DNA from: Octopus sinensis
Taxonomy: Eukaryota
Direction of reading: 5' to 3'
Length of the DNA: 64,000 bases
NCBI RefSeq assembly: GCF_006345805.1
Contig: NC_043022.1
Location: 4,030,001-4,094,000 of the forward strand
Shown: one piece after another, positions 11,600 to 24,406 of the stretch
Position numbering within the stretch: the stretch's first letter is position 1
Layout: every line of letters starts with the position of its first letter
Notes under the pieces: generated by a model
Told to the model about the DNA's origin: nothing
Database searches by the model: none
Seen by the model: the letters and a program-made list of their open reading frames with translations, nothing else
Made by a program: the position numbers and the translations under genes

Positions 11600-12435
11600 C
11601 TCTATTCTACTTCGTTTTTCTTTCCACTCATCGTTGTTTCTGCGACCTGACATTCGAGAATCGAAGAAAAAAGAAAAAAAGGGCAATTTTGCAAGGGAGA
11701 TAACTGGGTCAGTGTCCGTAGCCGTTATGAATGGGTTTTCTAAACTGATGAAAGAAATATTCTACGATTACGTTTTAAAGTATTTAGGGTGGAGAAGAGA
11801 ATTAAAAGTGGAAGTAAAAATGGGGATTCCATCAGACTTTAGGCCAACAAAAGGTTTCTAGAAATATCTATTTCGTTACTACCCACAAGGGGCTAAACAC
11901 AGAGGGGACAGACAAAGGGGTTAAGTCGATTATATCGAGCCCGAAAGGATGAAAGGCAAAGTCGACCTGTGCGGAATTTGAACTCAGAACGTAGCGGCAG
12001 ACGAAATACTGCTAAGCATTTCGCCCGGCGTGCTAACGGTTCTGTCAGCTCGCCGCCTTAGAAATATAACCATACAACTATTGAAAAGGTTGCAAGACGC
12101 AATGAAAATTTTAGAAAAAATAAATAAGTAAATGAGTGGAAATCAAATCAGTGAGTGTGTTAAATTAAAAGAGAATGACCCTCCCCACAGACACAACATT
12201 GGAATAAAAATGGTAAAAATGCTGATTTGATGGAGAATTCAGACAAGGGAGACAACTGAGGCTTCTCAATGTGTCATGTCAGAACTACACACACACAATC
12301 TCTCTCTCTTCACGATTCTGAATGGTGTAAGTTATCGACAACGAATCTATTGATTACGGTATATATTTCAAGAAGGTAACTATGGATATTTGTCCAATTA
12401 AATCAGTAGCATTCTATATTTCTGAGGTGAGGAAT

Positions 12436-12995
12436 TATTTACAACGGACGGATTGGTGTCCTCACCCTGTTCGTTGGGCACTTCTTTAGTACAAGGGTCC
12501 CAACGCATCAACGTAACGATATGGAGGGGAAGTAATCTAGTTTTACCAAAACTACTCTAAGGGGCTCCACAATATCGTCTGTTTTTGCAGTGCACACTCG
12601 TTGGGGTTAGTTTTAGGTAAAACAAGATTACCTCTCTAGATTACATAGATGCGTCGGGACCTCTGTATTTAAGGAGTACCGTTGTCTGTTCTGCTGGAAT
12701 TCCAAACCCAACCCTTCATTTGACTAATGAGGTACACTGTCCTCGTTCCTATGGAATTCTTTTTCGCTGATGTTATTTTTGGTAGATATTTTGGGACATG
12801 GAAAGTAATATCTACAAAAGTAACACCAGCAAAAAGAGTACGTTAGGAGTGAGAACAGAGTACCCCATGAGTCAAATAAAGGGTTGGGTTTGAAATTCCA
12901 CCAGAACACCTGATGAAGGCTGGGGAGCACACCAACTAAAATGTTGTGATGATAACAAACGAGGTGAGGACAAATATCCGTCCATTGTAAATAAA
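12436..12995 (+). mobile_element. Second Penelope-like relic with short inverted ends and a decayed hammerhead motif (12905-12950)
   Basis: tttacaacggacggat...cctcacc versus ggtgaggac...tccgtccattgtaaa; aacac-CTGATGA-aggctg...AAAAT-GTT-gtgat. Confidence 0.45.
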
Positions 12996-13769
12996 CCAGT
13001 GTTCCTCAACCAATTTTTACCTATGGACCCCTTTTGGTTCCTATTTTTCTTGGAAAAAATGTAGAAATGTAAATGTTTTGGGGGCTGAAGAGTAAAGTTA
13101 TCGAATCTGTACGTAAAGAATGGTCAAAGACCACCAAAGAAACGGTGTACTACATTCACTCAGTTAAATTTTTTTATTTAAGTGACTACAAATATTAATT
13201 TCAAATTTTGGAACAAGGCCAGCAATTTTGAGAGTTGGGGTACATCGATCGGTACAACAGAGGTCCTTTAACGGTACTACTTAAATACAGGTGTTACGTA
13301 CAAATATTTAAAATGTACGCTGTGTGGACGTGTAATGACACCTCCCCTTCATCTCGTTACGTAGATGCATCGGGACCTCTATATTTTAGTAGTGCCCATC
13401 GACCCCAGTGTACAACTGGTATTTATTTTATCGACTCTCAAAAGAATAAAAGGTAAAGCTGATCACGTCGGAATTTGAACTCAAAGCGTAAAGACGAACG
13501 AAATGCCAGTAAGCATTTTGTCCGGCATGCTAACGATTCTGCCAGTTCGATGCCTTAAAGCGAATGTCAGGACATTAAACAAACGGGATTAAATGCCGTT
13601 TTATAGAATATTTTATAAACAATAAATCAGCAAAAACCTCGGAAATTAAGTAGACATTCAAGGATTCCACGCATGAAAGAGTTATAAATACTTTGCGAGC
13701 CAACGAAGGGGAGAAGAATGTGATTGCTAATTAATTAAACTGATATAATTACCGTTTTATCCTATATTT

Positions 13770-14166
13770 TATATATTTCTTTATTGCCTTCAAGGAGCGA
13801 AACATAGAGGGGACAGACAAAAGGGATTAAGTAGATTGCATCGACCCCAGTGTGTAACTGGTACTTTATTTATCGACCCCCGAAAGTTGACCACGGCTGA
13901 ATTTGAACTCAGAACGTAACGGCAGACGAAATACCTATTTCTTTACTACCCACAAGGGGCTAAACACAGAGAGGACAAACAAGGACAGACAAAGGGATTA
14001 AGTCGATTACATCGACCCCAGTATGCAACAGGTACTTATTTAATCGACCCCGAAAGGATGAAAGGCAAAGTCGACCTCGGCGGAATTTGAACTCGGAACG
14101 TAACGACAGACGAAATACCGCTGAGCATTTCGCCCGGCGCGCTAACGTTTCTGCCAGTTCGCCGTC
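13770..14166 (-). mobile_element. SINE family B, two tandem copies
   Basis: The family blocks occur twice. Confidence 0.75.
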
Positions 14167-14269
14167 TTTTACAGTTTTATCGTATATTTTTATAAAGAAA
14201 AACTAGGCGAAGGTAAAGAATACGGGATACGCACACCTGGGAGTAAAAGAAGGAAAAGAGAGCAAACAG

Positions 14270-14600
14270 ACGAGGAGCTGTGCTGTTTTCTTACTTTGTA
14301 AATATGTCCAGGGGTGTTAGACGGGTGGAGTTTGAAGAGGTGCTCAGAGTTATTGTTTGTACGATGGTTGATAATTTTATGGGTGTCTGCCAAGTCAGCT
14401 GCCAGACGTCGGAGTTTCAATATGTCCATGCCCAGGGAAGTAAGGCTTAATAAGATTATGGCAAATGCCTGTTTGCAAATGACCTTCCCTGTTTTGTTCG
14501 GAAGGTCGGTGTCAAGGTAAATATTCGATATCCTGAAAACAGTAAGATTCTAATGTGGACAGCTTAATTTGGATGAGTAAAATACGTTAAACGAGACGAA
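14270..14600 (-). mobile_element. CR1-clade LINE fragment
   Basis: LTSLGMDILKLRRLAADLADTHKII...GHIYKVRKQHSS; same family as 56960-57560. Confidence 0.75.
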
Positions 14601-15699
14601 ACAGCAGCAAAATAAATTGGAATTTTTATCTTTCTATGAATATTTCGAGGTTTGCGAAGACAAAACGGTTAAAGAGAGAAAATAGAAATTGGTGGAGAGG
14701 ACAAAACGAAAAAAAAATGAATCAAATCATTGATATTAATAAAATAAAGGAAGGAATTGTGTAAATACCATCCAAATATCTTCGGGAAGATCATTTAAGT
14801 CGGTCGAGTCGAGGTCGTCGGCTCCGGGAGGTGCCATGCTTGTTAGAGAAACGGATTACTGCGAGGCTGAATGGAGTCGACCAATATTTCACGGGAACTT
14901 CAGACGAACAACAATATGAGCAGCTATTCATGGCATTACAAAATTGTCGAAACTATAATAATTAACGACCGCTAAAAATATTTAAGGTAATTAAAAGACA
15001 AAGAAGAGTAGGGGTTGAAGCCATGTGTATACCTTTTGGGAATCAGGATGATCCCAGGATTGAAAATCTGCTCTTCATTTGACTCTTGAACATCCAGCAT
15101 TTGGGATGAGGTCTGGAAGAACGATTTGTTTTACGCTTTTGATTGATTGATTGATTCTAGTTTCAGCTCATGAGCTGTGGCCATGCTGGGGCACCGCCAT
15201 TTGGTGTTGCTACTTGGTTTTACTTCACGAAAGCTTTTTAGCAAGAACCTGCCCAAGGTGCCACGCAGTGGGACTGAACCCAGAACTATGTTGTTGGTAA
15301 GCAAGTTACTTACCACACAGCCACTCCTGCACCTTGAAATAATTAATTTTCAATCGCAGAATAATTCTGATAGAACAGCAGGAACAGAATAAAATAATCA
15401 TAGACAAATTTGTCAGCAGTCAGCAATGAGACTCGAACTCACATCCCTATGCTTTACCATTAAGCTAAACAGCACAGGCGAACATTCAAATTTTAAAAGA
15501 ATTCCCAAAATTTGTGAACAAATTTTTCAATTAAACTGAAATGAAAGTAAAACCATATTGGTTGAGGAGTAATGCTCTATTGGTAGGGTACGAATAAAGG
15601 CTCTCTTTCGTTTGGGGGTCACAGACCCAATTAATACTCCGGAGGTCCGGACAGCTTTTAAGCTAATATGTATTAAAGCAGATTAAGTAAATAGATATA

Positions 15700-15864
15700 A
15701 GCGTGGCTGTGTGGTCAAAAGCTTGCTTCCCAGCCACGTGGGTCCCGGTTCGGTCCCACTGCATACCTTGAGCAAGTATCTTTCTTCTACTATACTACTA
15801 TAGCTTCTAGCTGACCAAAGCTTCGAGAGTCGATTTGGTAGGTAGATATTGATAGAAGCCCGTC

Positions 15865-15958
<94 letters not shown>

Positions 15959-16140
15959 GTGTGTGTTTCACCACCACTGTGTTAGTGTATTTACAACCCA
16001 TAATCTACCGTTTCGGCAAAGAAGGCCGATAGAATAGGTAGCAGGGTTTTAAAAAATAAGTCCTGGGGTCGACTCATTCGACTAAAAATTCTTCGAAGCT
16101 GTGCTCCAGCATGGCCGCAGTCTAATAACTGAAACAAAGA
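15700..16140 (+). mobile_element. SINE family A, diverged copy (+)
   Basis: Head, (TA)n core and ccagcatggccgcag tail are all present. Confidence 0.75.
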
Positions 16141-17106
16141 AAAAAAAGAAAAGAAAAGATGTCTCAGTTCCAAACCAAATTGACATTTTTTTAGATATAT
16201 CGTAGTTATCTCCCTTACCCCGTCGTTTACCTGCAAATCCTTAATCCTCAAAGTGGTCATTCGAAATGCTTAACATAGCAGCTAAATCTCTCTCGTATCA
16301 TACTTTGTCGTCTTAAATATAAAAATGGAGGAAGGAAGGATTAGATAATGCAATTCCAGACACACTGTTCGGAAGAAAAGAAAAGCAGTGGTGGAATGGA
16401 TCTCCTGTTGTAGGGTGACATGAAGCTAAACAACCACAAGTAGAATCAGCCGCCACGATTTAGGGGAGGAGCATTTAGCGGAGAAGCTGGTCTGTGATTC
16501 CGAGATAGGGTTTTACGCAGGGCCGGCTGAAGGTACTGACAACTTGAGCAGTCGCCCAAGGAGGGCGTGACAAAGACAAGGAAATTTCTACGACCGTCAG
16601 CTTGCACACACCAGAACTTTTTCCCCACGAGAGTTCCGGACCCTAGTAATGAACTCATTTGCATACAGCCAATCAGAGCTCACCTTGACCTTGTTGTCGA
16701 GTTAACAAACACACTCTAACAAGTAAACCCAAGACGAAGAACAGTGTTGTAAGTCGACCAATCGCCAAGTTATGGTGGATAAATGCATCACAAGACTTTC
16801 ACTCCTTCCCCATAAAATCCCATTTGAATATACAAGGCTGCGACTCCCCGTCTGTATAGAGCGATGATTTTCAAGAGGGGCCCTTATGAAACCTGAGGAT
16901 CCATATAAGATTTTTGAGGTCCACACAAGAGAAATAGGAAATTGGGGATTCATGGTAGAATTCTTAGAGTTCATAAAAAACCTTTTGCTTTTGATTTGTT
17001 GATTTCAAGAAACAGCCAGGTTTCTTTCTCTATGGCTTGGGACATCAAGACATGTTCTCTCGGAGAGTGGCCATTGCAGAACCACACAAGTAAATGAATG
17101 AAAAGC

Positions 17107-17577
17107 AAATATTAAATTTCTAAATCTCTCATAGAGATATGTACGGTGGTGGGGCGATAGGGTGGTTGTATACTGTCAATCTAACGTGAACGTGAATTTA
17201 ATATTTCTGATTTTGGTAATCGGTGAATAAGCTTCACTGAAAATTAGATATATACATTTGCGAATCAGGACAGATATCCACGGCTGGCGGGCGTTTGCTA
17301 CTCTAGACCGATGATGGACAATGATCCTGAAACATGCGTGTCTCTAGATGCAGGCCTGACTGCTGAGGGTGTTTGTCTCCCCTTCGTAAATGTATATAAG
17401 GACACAGGAAAAATGTGTCGAAGCCATCAGGAGGCGTCGAGGCTTCCTAGGGCTAAACAGCGGTGGTGTAACCCCCTACTGTCACGTTCACGTTAGATTG
17501 ACAGTATACAACCATTCTATCGCCCCACCACCGTACATATCTCTATGAGATATTTAGAAATTTAATATTTCTGATTA
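17107..17577 (+). mobile_element. Penelope-like element relic with inverted arms of about 89 bp
   Basis: 17107-17195 versus 17482-17570 inverted, about 3 mismatches; a 17-nt terminal direct repeat; an internal hammerhead-like motif. Confidence 0.55.
17302..17348 (+). ncRNA. Type I hammerhead-ribozyme-like motif (variant core)
   Basis: TCTAGA / CCGATGA / tGGA-caatga-TCCt / GAAA / CAtgcgTGTC / TCTAGA. Confidence 0.5.
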
Positions 17578-17651
17578 AAGAGTGTTACCTGTTCAAAGAG
17601 TATTTACACCTGAGGAAATCCCAGAACATAGAAGAAAACACAACACCTAAA

Positions 17652-17936
17652 ATGCAATACACAGAAGTTCTTCAGCTTATTTATGAGCAACAATTAATTG
17701 AAGTGTCCCCTAATATTAGCCCTGCACTTAAGCTGTACTTGACAATGTCTATCACGAGCTGTGAAGTAGAAAGGAGTTCCCCAAAGCTTTCCTTTGATAA
17801 AAATAAATTTCTCTCTACCATGACTGAAGAAGGCTTAAATTCCTTAAGCATTTTGTCTCTGGAAAATGACTTTGCAAGGAAGCTGTCGGATGACAAAACT
17901 GTTGCTTCAACAAACAGAGAAAAGAGTATTTTGTAA
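17652..17936 (+). mobile_element. hAT transposase C-terminal dimerisation-domain relic
   Basis: PNISPALKLYLTMSITSCEVERSSPKLSFDKNKFLSTMTEEGLNSLSILSLE fits the hATC pattern. Confidence 0.8.
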
Positions 17937-18609
17937 TTTTCATTTGTATCTTAATGATGCATCATCCCTGTATATAACACTTCCCTAATTTCCAACCCCC
18001 ATAACTCTAAAAGTAGGAGGCATAGCCTGGAAAATATCTCTACTGATCTGCCATGGAACACCCACATCAACAAAGACATCAGCGATTACTCACACCTCGT
18101 TTCTGGTGGATAGAGGGCTCACTTTCAGACTCATTTTGAAGGACTGCACATTACAACTCCACCTTTTAGGCTACCAGGGGGACCCCATAACATTTTAAGC
18201 TTCAGGGCCCCAAAATCATAGATCTGCCACTCTATATTTATAGACACATTGGAGCTTTACTATAGCGTTGTGAATGTATCGACTGCCATTTCCAGTAAAC
18301 ATTGGTGCTTTGTTGTACCACTGATCCATATATATACATATATATATGCAGGCAGAATAGTTGGTGGAGGTTCGTTTTCCATGGCTCCGCAAATGAGATT
18401 TGAGCCCAGCAAAAGAAAGGCGTCGTCTGTCAAAAACTGCACACAAAAAAAAAAAGGGTCATTGGGATTCAATTTCTCGATTGTAACATTCTTCTTTGAG
18501 TCTTGCATGTGAGATATGTGTGTGTGTGTGTGTATATATATATATAAATATATATATACACACACACACACACACGTGTATATATATATCCCATCAGCAT
18601 TATTTAATT

Positions 18610-18959
18610 CTTCGACTTGTTTCAGTTATTTGACTGCAGCCATGCTGGAGCAGCACCTTTAGTCGAACAAATCGACTAGTACTCATTCTATTGATCTCTT
18701 GTGCTGAACTGCTAAGTTAGAGGGATGTAAACACACCAACATCAGTTGTCAAGCAACAGTGGGACGATAAATATATTCATAAATATATATATATATATGA
18801 CGGGCTTCTTTCAGTTTCCGTCTACCAAATCCACTCACAAGGCATTGGTCGGCCCGGGGCTATAGCAGAAGACACTTGCCCAAAATGCCACGCAGTAGGA
18901 CTGAACCTGGAACCATGTGGTTGGTTAGCAAGCTACTTACCACACAGCCACTCCTGCAC
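18610..18959 (-). mobile_element. SINE family A copy
   Basis: Family blocks present. Confidence 0.8.
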
Positions 18960-19499
18960 CTAAGTTCATTTTCCGAGCTGTCATGCATTGGACGACTAGA
19001 CAGGATCCAATGAAACAGGGGATCACATCGAGCCCCAATGTCTGTTTTGGCATGGATCCTACGTTGACCACTGGTATCAATGAGGCTACCCAGTAACTGC
19101 TAATACGAGACCCCTTCAACTGGGTGGGAGGGGTTCTTTGCCAAGTGATGAGAGATTGAAGTTTGATGGAGCGAAATATCTTGCTGAAGAGGAGATATGT
19201 GGCTCCCTCTGTTGGAGAGAGAGGGAAATCTTTTAATGAGCAATGAGATGTCGGGGAGGGGGGTAGCCTCGAGGTAGAGGGTTGGGGAGTGAATAGAGGA
19301 GGAAAAGAGACAAGGGACTGGGTTTAGGGTAAGTTCTGGTGAGTGTGAAAGGGGTGGGATGAAAAAGGGCTGGAGATGAGGTGAGAGATGAATCGAATGA
19401 GTGGTGAAGAGGAGCAGTGATGTGGTCAATGGTGAAGAATCTCAATGTGATGGAGAGGGTGAAAGGAAAGGTGGTGGGGTGGGCAGTGGTGTGCTACCT

Positions 19500-19760
19500 T
19501 GTGAAAGGTGGGAGAGTCCAGTTTGCTGGACATTGTTGTAGAGCTGAAAACAAGGCAATTTCTACTCTTCTCCTCTGGAAGCCATCTACTCGCAATGCCA
19601 AAGGGCGCACATTCTCCTGCCCTGATGTAATCTCCAGGGATACAGGCATCCAGCAACAGGACCTCCGTAATGCCATGATGGACTGTGAAGTCTGGCGTAG
19701 CATGGTAAATTCCATTGTCTCGACCACGGTTGAACGATGATGATGATGATGATGGTGATG
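19500..19760 (+). mobile_element. RTE-clade LINE 3' end with (GAT)n tail
   Basis: Same sequence as 60310-60536. Confidence 0.8.
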
Positions 19761-20089
19761 GTGTGATGAAGCTGAAAACCTTGCTGATAGATGAGAAATG
19801 GGTGTGATGGTGATGTTGGTAGCAAGGGGGGAGGGGAATATAGTGACAAAGGTGGTAGGAATGTGAGGGGGGGGTCTATGAAAACTGGTTTGAGAGTGAG
19901 AATGAGGGAGAGGTGACAATAAAAAGGGATCCCAAGGAAGGAGATAACTGCCAGCAGAGAAGGTGGCAGGGTCATATAATGACCACCCCTGAAGGAACAG
20001 TTTTGAAAAACTGATGGAAGGATGTGTGTTAGGAAGATGAATTGTAGGGTAAGTAATATACTTTTTCCTGCTTCCATTTCTGCTGAGAT

Positions 20090-20600
20090 GTTTCGGTTCT
20101 TCTTCAGCAGCGTATCACCAATTATCTTGGTCCTTTGAGGGTCAACATCCTGAAGTTAGTCTTCACTACTTTGTCCATGACTTTCTGATTTGGCTTGGTT
20201 TCTATGGCTGGGTGCCCTTCCTAACGCCAGCCACTCCAAGTGTGTAATGAGTGTGCCATTTGTGCAACACCAATATCTGCCACAACTGGGCTTACAAAAG
20301 AGTCTGGGTCTCCTTCTTCTACAGGTCCATGGCCCACTGCAGGTCCCATTCACATTTAGCAACAGGTGCTTCTCTATGTGACTGTCATCATCCATATACA
20401 TCAGACGACCAAACCATTGCAGTCTTCTAATGCATAACTTTTTCTTCTCTCAAAACGGATTTCCTATCTCCAAACGGATTTTGGCTGGGTTCAGTTCTTT
20501 CAAATCATCGCAGGTCGTCTGCATTCACAACCCACATCTCACTGCCTTTTGCATTGCTGTTTGTACTCGAAGCATCGTACAATTTGCCTCTCACCCTGAA
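20090..20600 (-). mobile_element. RTE LINE relic interrupted by a family C SINE
   Basis: RRLQWFGRLMYMDDDS...GRPR, followed by a DKVVK-like terminus. Confidence 0.6.
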
Positions 20601-20665
20601 AGAGAGGCCTTTTGCAACCAACAGAAGTAACCACCTTAAACATCTTATATGACCATCACCTTTAA

Positions 20666-20887
20666 CCCTTTTGATACCAACCCGGCTGAAACTGCTTCTG
20701 GCTCTGTAGTACAAATGTCTTATTTTCAAAAGTTCTGAATTAAAATCTTCCACCAAACCTTAGTCACAGTTTATGTTCCTAACACTAGCTGAATGATAAT
20801 GAAGTTATTTTACTAAATTCTTTGTTATATTTAAAGTAATTGAAAGAAACACAGAGCATCTCAACAGAAATATGGTAACAAAAGGGG
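20666..20887 (-). mobile_element. piggyBac-like MITE P1
   Basis: TTAA TSD; inserted in the tail of a family C SINE. Confidence 0.85.
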
Positions 20888-21129
20888 TTAACGTCCATTG
20901 TCCATGCTGGCATGGGTTGGACGGTTTGGCCAGGACTGGTAAGCTGAGGGGCTACACCACACTCCAGTTTGATTTGGCATGGTTTCTATGGCTGGGTGCC
21001 CTTCCTAACGCCAGCCACTCCAAGTGTATAATGAGTGTGCCACCTGCACAGGTGCCATTTGTGTGACACCAATATCTGCCACAACTACAACTTCACGGGT
21101 CTTCTTCTCAAGCCCAGCATATTGCCAAT

Positions 21130-21400
21130 GGAAATAAGGCTGAGCTTGAGAAGATCCATCAATATAATTATTTGCAGGATCAAATAGAACCAAGGTATTT
21201 TAATAAGGACACCAAAGTAGGGTCAGGAACAGCATATCCGTGTATCAACAGTGTTTATGGACCCTCACATTCTTACGACTGTGGATTCAGACTTGTCCTT
21301 TCAATTGCACAAGCACAGACCATTATACTCATTGATGTAAGCACCCAAACATACAGTAATCCTATCGCGAGTGTTACATTCGAAACCCCCCACCCACGAC
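21130..21400 (+). mobile_element. Possible degenerate LINE reverse-transcriptase fragment
   Basis: LEKIHQYNYL resembles the late RT motif V..YKYLG. Weak. Confidence 0.3.
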
Positions 21401-21439
21401 AGGTAAAAATCCGTGAAGTAGAAACAGTACTGTACTGTG

Positions 21440-21806
21440 TATCTCTCTTTACTCTTTTACTTGTTTCAGTCATTTTGACTGCGGCCATGCTGGAGCACCG
21501 CCTTTAATTGAGCAACTCGACCCCGGGACTTATTCTTTTGCCGAACCACTAAGTGACGGGGACATAAACACACCAGCATCGGTTGTCAAGCAATGGTAGG
21601 GGGGCAAACACAGACACACAAACATATATATATATATATACATACGACGGGCTTCTTTCAGTTTCCGTCTACCAAATCCACTCACAAGTTTTGGTCGGCC
21701 CGAGGCTATAGAAGAAGACACTTGCCCAAGGTGCCACGCAGTGGGACTGAACCCGAAACCATGTGGTTGGTAAACAAGCTACTTACCACACAGCCACTCC
21801 TGCGCC
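21440..21806 (-). mobile_element. SINE family A copy
   Basis: Family blocks present. Confidence 0.8.
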
Positions 21807-22504
21807 TATATCTATTTTAATTACTTTTATAATTTGTTTATATTTCATTATAAATGCAAAACAACACTACGGAGGAATCGATGTGAGCTTAGATAATAAA
21901 CCACAATATGGCGAAGGATGATGATGATGATGATCATCGCTTAACGTCTGCTTTCCATGCTAGCATGGGTTGGACGGTTCAACTGGGGTCTGGGAAGCCT
22001 GAAGGCTGCACCAGGCCAGTCAGATCTGGCAGTGTTTCTACAGCTGGATGCCCTTCCTAACGCCAACCACTCCATGAGTGTAGTGGGTGTTTTTACGTGC
22101 CACCGACACAGGTGCCAGACGAGGCTGGCAGACGGCCACGCTCGGATGGTGTTTTTTATGTGCCACAGACACAGGTACCAGACGAGGCTGTATATAAAAA
22201 ATCACAGTGGTTTACTCTGGCATGTAGTCCATGGCCCACTGCAGATCCAATGCAGGGAAGGTTCTGGGTGAGGTGTGGTATAGGTAATTATAGAAATGGG
22301 TTGACAATACATATTAACATCATTTACCGTCCGCTTTCCATGCTGGCATGGGTTAGATGGTTCGATTGAAAACTAGTAAGTTGGAGAACTGCACCAGGCT
22401 CCTGTCTGATCTGGCATGGTTTCTATGGCTGGATGCCCTTCCTAACATGCCAACCACTCTGAGAGTGTAGTGGGGGATTTTTACATGACACCAGCATCGA
22501 CCGC

Positions 22505-23091
22505 GACTACGATTTCACTTGGCTTTTTACTTGTCTCAGTCATTTGGATGCGGCCATGCTGGAGCACCGCCTTTTAGTTGAACAAACTGACCCAAGGACT
22601 TATTCTTTGTAAGCCTCGTACTTATTCTATTGGTCTCTTTTGCTGAATCGCTAAGTTATAGGGACAGAAACACACCAACAACAGTTGTCAAGCGATGGGG
22701 GAACAAACACAGACACAAACATATATATATATATATATACGACGGGCTTCTTTCAGTTTCCGTCTACCAAATCTACTCACAAGGCTTTGGTCGGCCTGAA
22801 GCTATAGAAGAAGACACTTGCCCAAGGTGCCATGCAGTGGGACTGAACCCGGAACCATGTGGTTGGTAAGTAAGCTTCTTACCACACAGCCACTCCTGCG
22901 CCTATATATATATATATATATATATATACACGACGGGCTTCTTTCAGTTTCCGTCTACCAAATCTACTCACAAGGCTTTGGTCGGCCTGAAGCTGTAGAA
23001 GAAGACACTTGCCCAAGATGCCACGCAGTGGGACTGAACCCGGAACCATGTGGTTGGTAAGTAAGCATCTTACCACACAGCCACTCCTGCG

Positions 23092-23145
<54 letters not shown>

Positions 23146-23299
23146 CACGACGGGCTTCTTTCAGTTTCCGTCTACCAAATCTACTCACAAGGCTTTGTTC
23201 GGCCTGAAGCTGTAGAAGAAGACACTTGCCCAAGATGCCACGCAGTGGGACTGAACCCGGAACCATGTGGTTGGTAAGTAAGCTTCTTACCACACAGCC
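22505..23299 (-). mobile_element. SINE family A with its 5' half tandemly triplicated
   Basis: Three units at about 22740-22902, 22931-23093 and 23148-23299, separated by (TA)n. Confidence 0.85.
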
Positions 23300-23420
23300 A
23301 CACGTATTTTAAAAATAACAAAGAGTGTATAAAAGAAGTTAAGACATTATCAATAATACAAACCGGTGCGTAGAAAAAAACCCCTCCAAATTTCAAAACA
23401 TCATCAATTCCTGAAATACA

Positions 23421-23480
23421 GACACAAAAAAAAAAAAGGAAAGAAGAAAGGCCACAGGTTTTACTCCTCTTAATTTTATT
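23421..23480 (-). terminator. Candidate poly(A) signal (AATAAA) with a U/GU-rich downstream element
   Basis: Plus-strand tttatt at 23475-23480. The minus strand then reads ...ctttcttctttcctttttttttttttgtgtc about 25-60 nt downstream. It sits at the boundary of the TE-free zone. Confidence 0.45.
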
Positions 23481-23768
23481 ACTTTTAGACATAACAAATT
23501 ATTTCTTGCTTTTAAATCATTTTGTTTTCATCTTTTTTTTTTGGTTCTTTTATATATATGTTTTTCAAATATTTTAAAATGTCTTTTTTGTTTTCTCTTT
23601 AAAGTAGAAACAAAGATAGATAGAATTGTTGTTCTAAAATCATTTACATTATATTACAAATGTGAAAAAAAACTCTTCTCTGCAGGAAAATTAAGAGGGG
23701 ACCCCAAATGGGAACGAGGGGGGCGGGGTGGGGGGCGTTGGGGGAGTTAGGAATGGGGGGAAGGTGGG

Positions 23769-23804
<36 letters not shown>

Positions 23805-24366
23805 CAGCTGGGAACAGGAAGAAAAAGAAAAAGAAAAAATGAGTTGTTGGCCTCCAATCCAAAGGAGTTTAAGGAATTGGTTAAGAAACACACAACTCTT
23901 GAATGTCGACAAACAAACAAACAAAATGTAGCTTTTTATGAAACCCACCCCCACAAAAAAAAAAAAAAAAAGACAGACAGACATTTATAGCTAGGAGTAC
24001 TAGAGTTGGGAGAAGAAGACGAAGAAAAACAAGGTGAGACACAGAAAACACAGGGGTGTGTGTGTGTGTGTATTATATATGTATATATGCGCATACACAC
24101 ACACACACACACACATACCAATTGACTGAATTTGTTCCGAGGGCAGATTTCATGTTAGTTATAAATTAAATACATTTACCCAAACGTTGAGGTTTTAGAG
24201 TTGAGGGGAGGGGGAGATTGTAAAAAATACAGAGTTTACCGAGAGAGAGAGAGTTGTCTCTTGGAGAATGTTCGTTCGTATATGCATTCCTGGTTTTCCG
24301 TCCATAAAGAACCATTGAGTTAATTACTAAAATCTAAACCGGGAGCCACAGTTGCTTATGTTGTAT

Positions 24367-24406
<40 letters not shown>

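Noticed and set aside
16400-17090. GC-richer non-SINE segment with faint RT-like words (DFQ...LGIHGRILR)
   Set aside because: All frames are broken and the similarity is too weak to assign; probably an old LINE relic.
20070-20150. Exon-like segment DVDPQRTKIIGDTLLKKNRNISAEMEAGK (minus strand)
   Set aside because: Another frame matches the RTE LINE terminus contiguous with the relic at 20340-20600.
22630-23293. Repeated ORFs (MPKVPRSGTEPGTMWLV..., YIYIYI...) and spacer-like periodicity
   Set aside because: These are translations of SINE A and (TA)n tracts. The units are not separated by unique spacers, so this is not a CRISPR array or a gene family.
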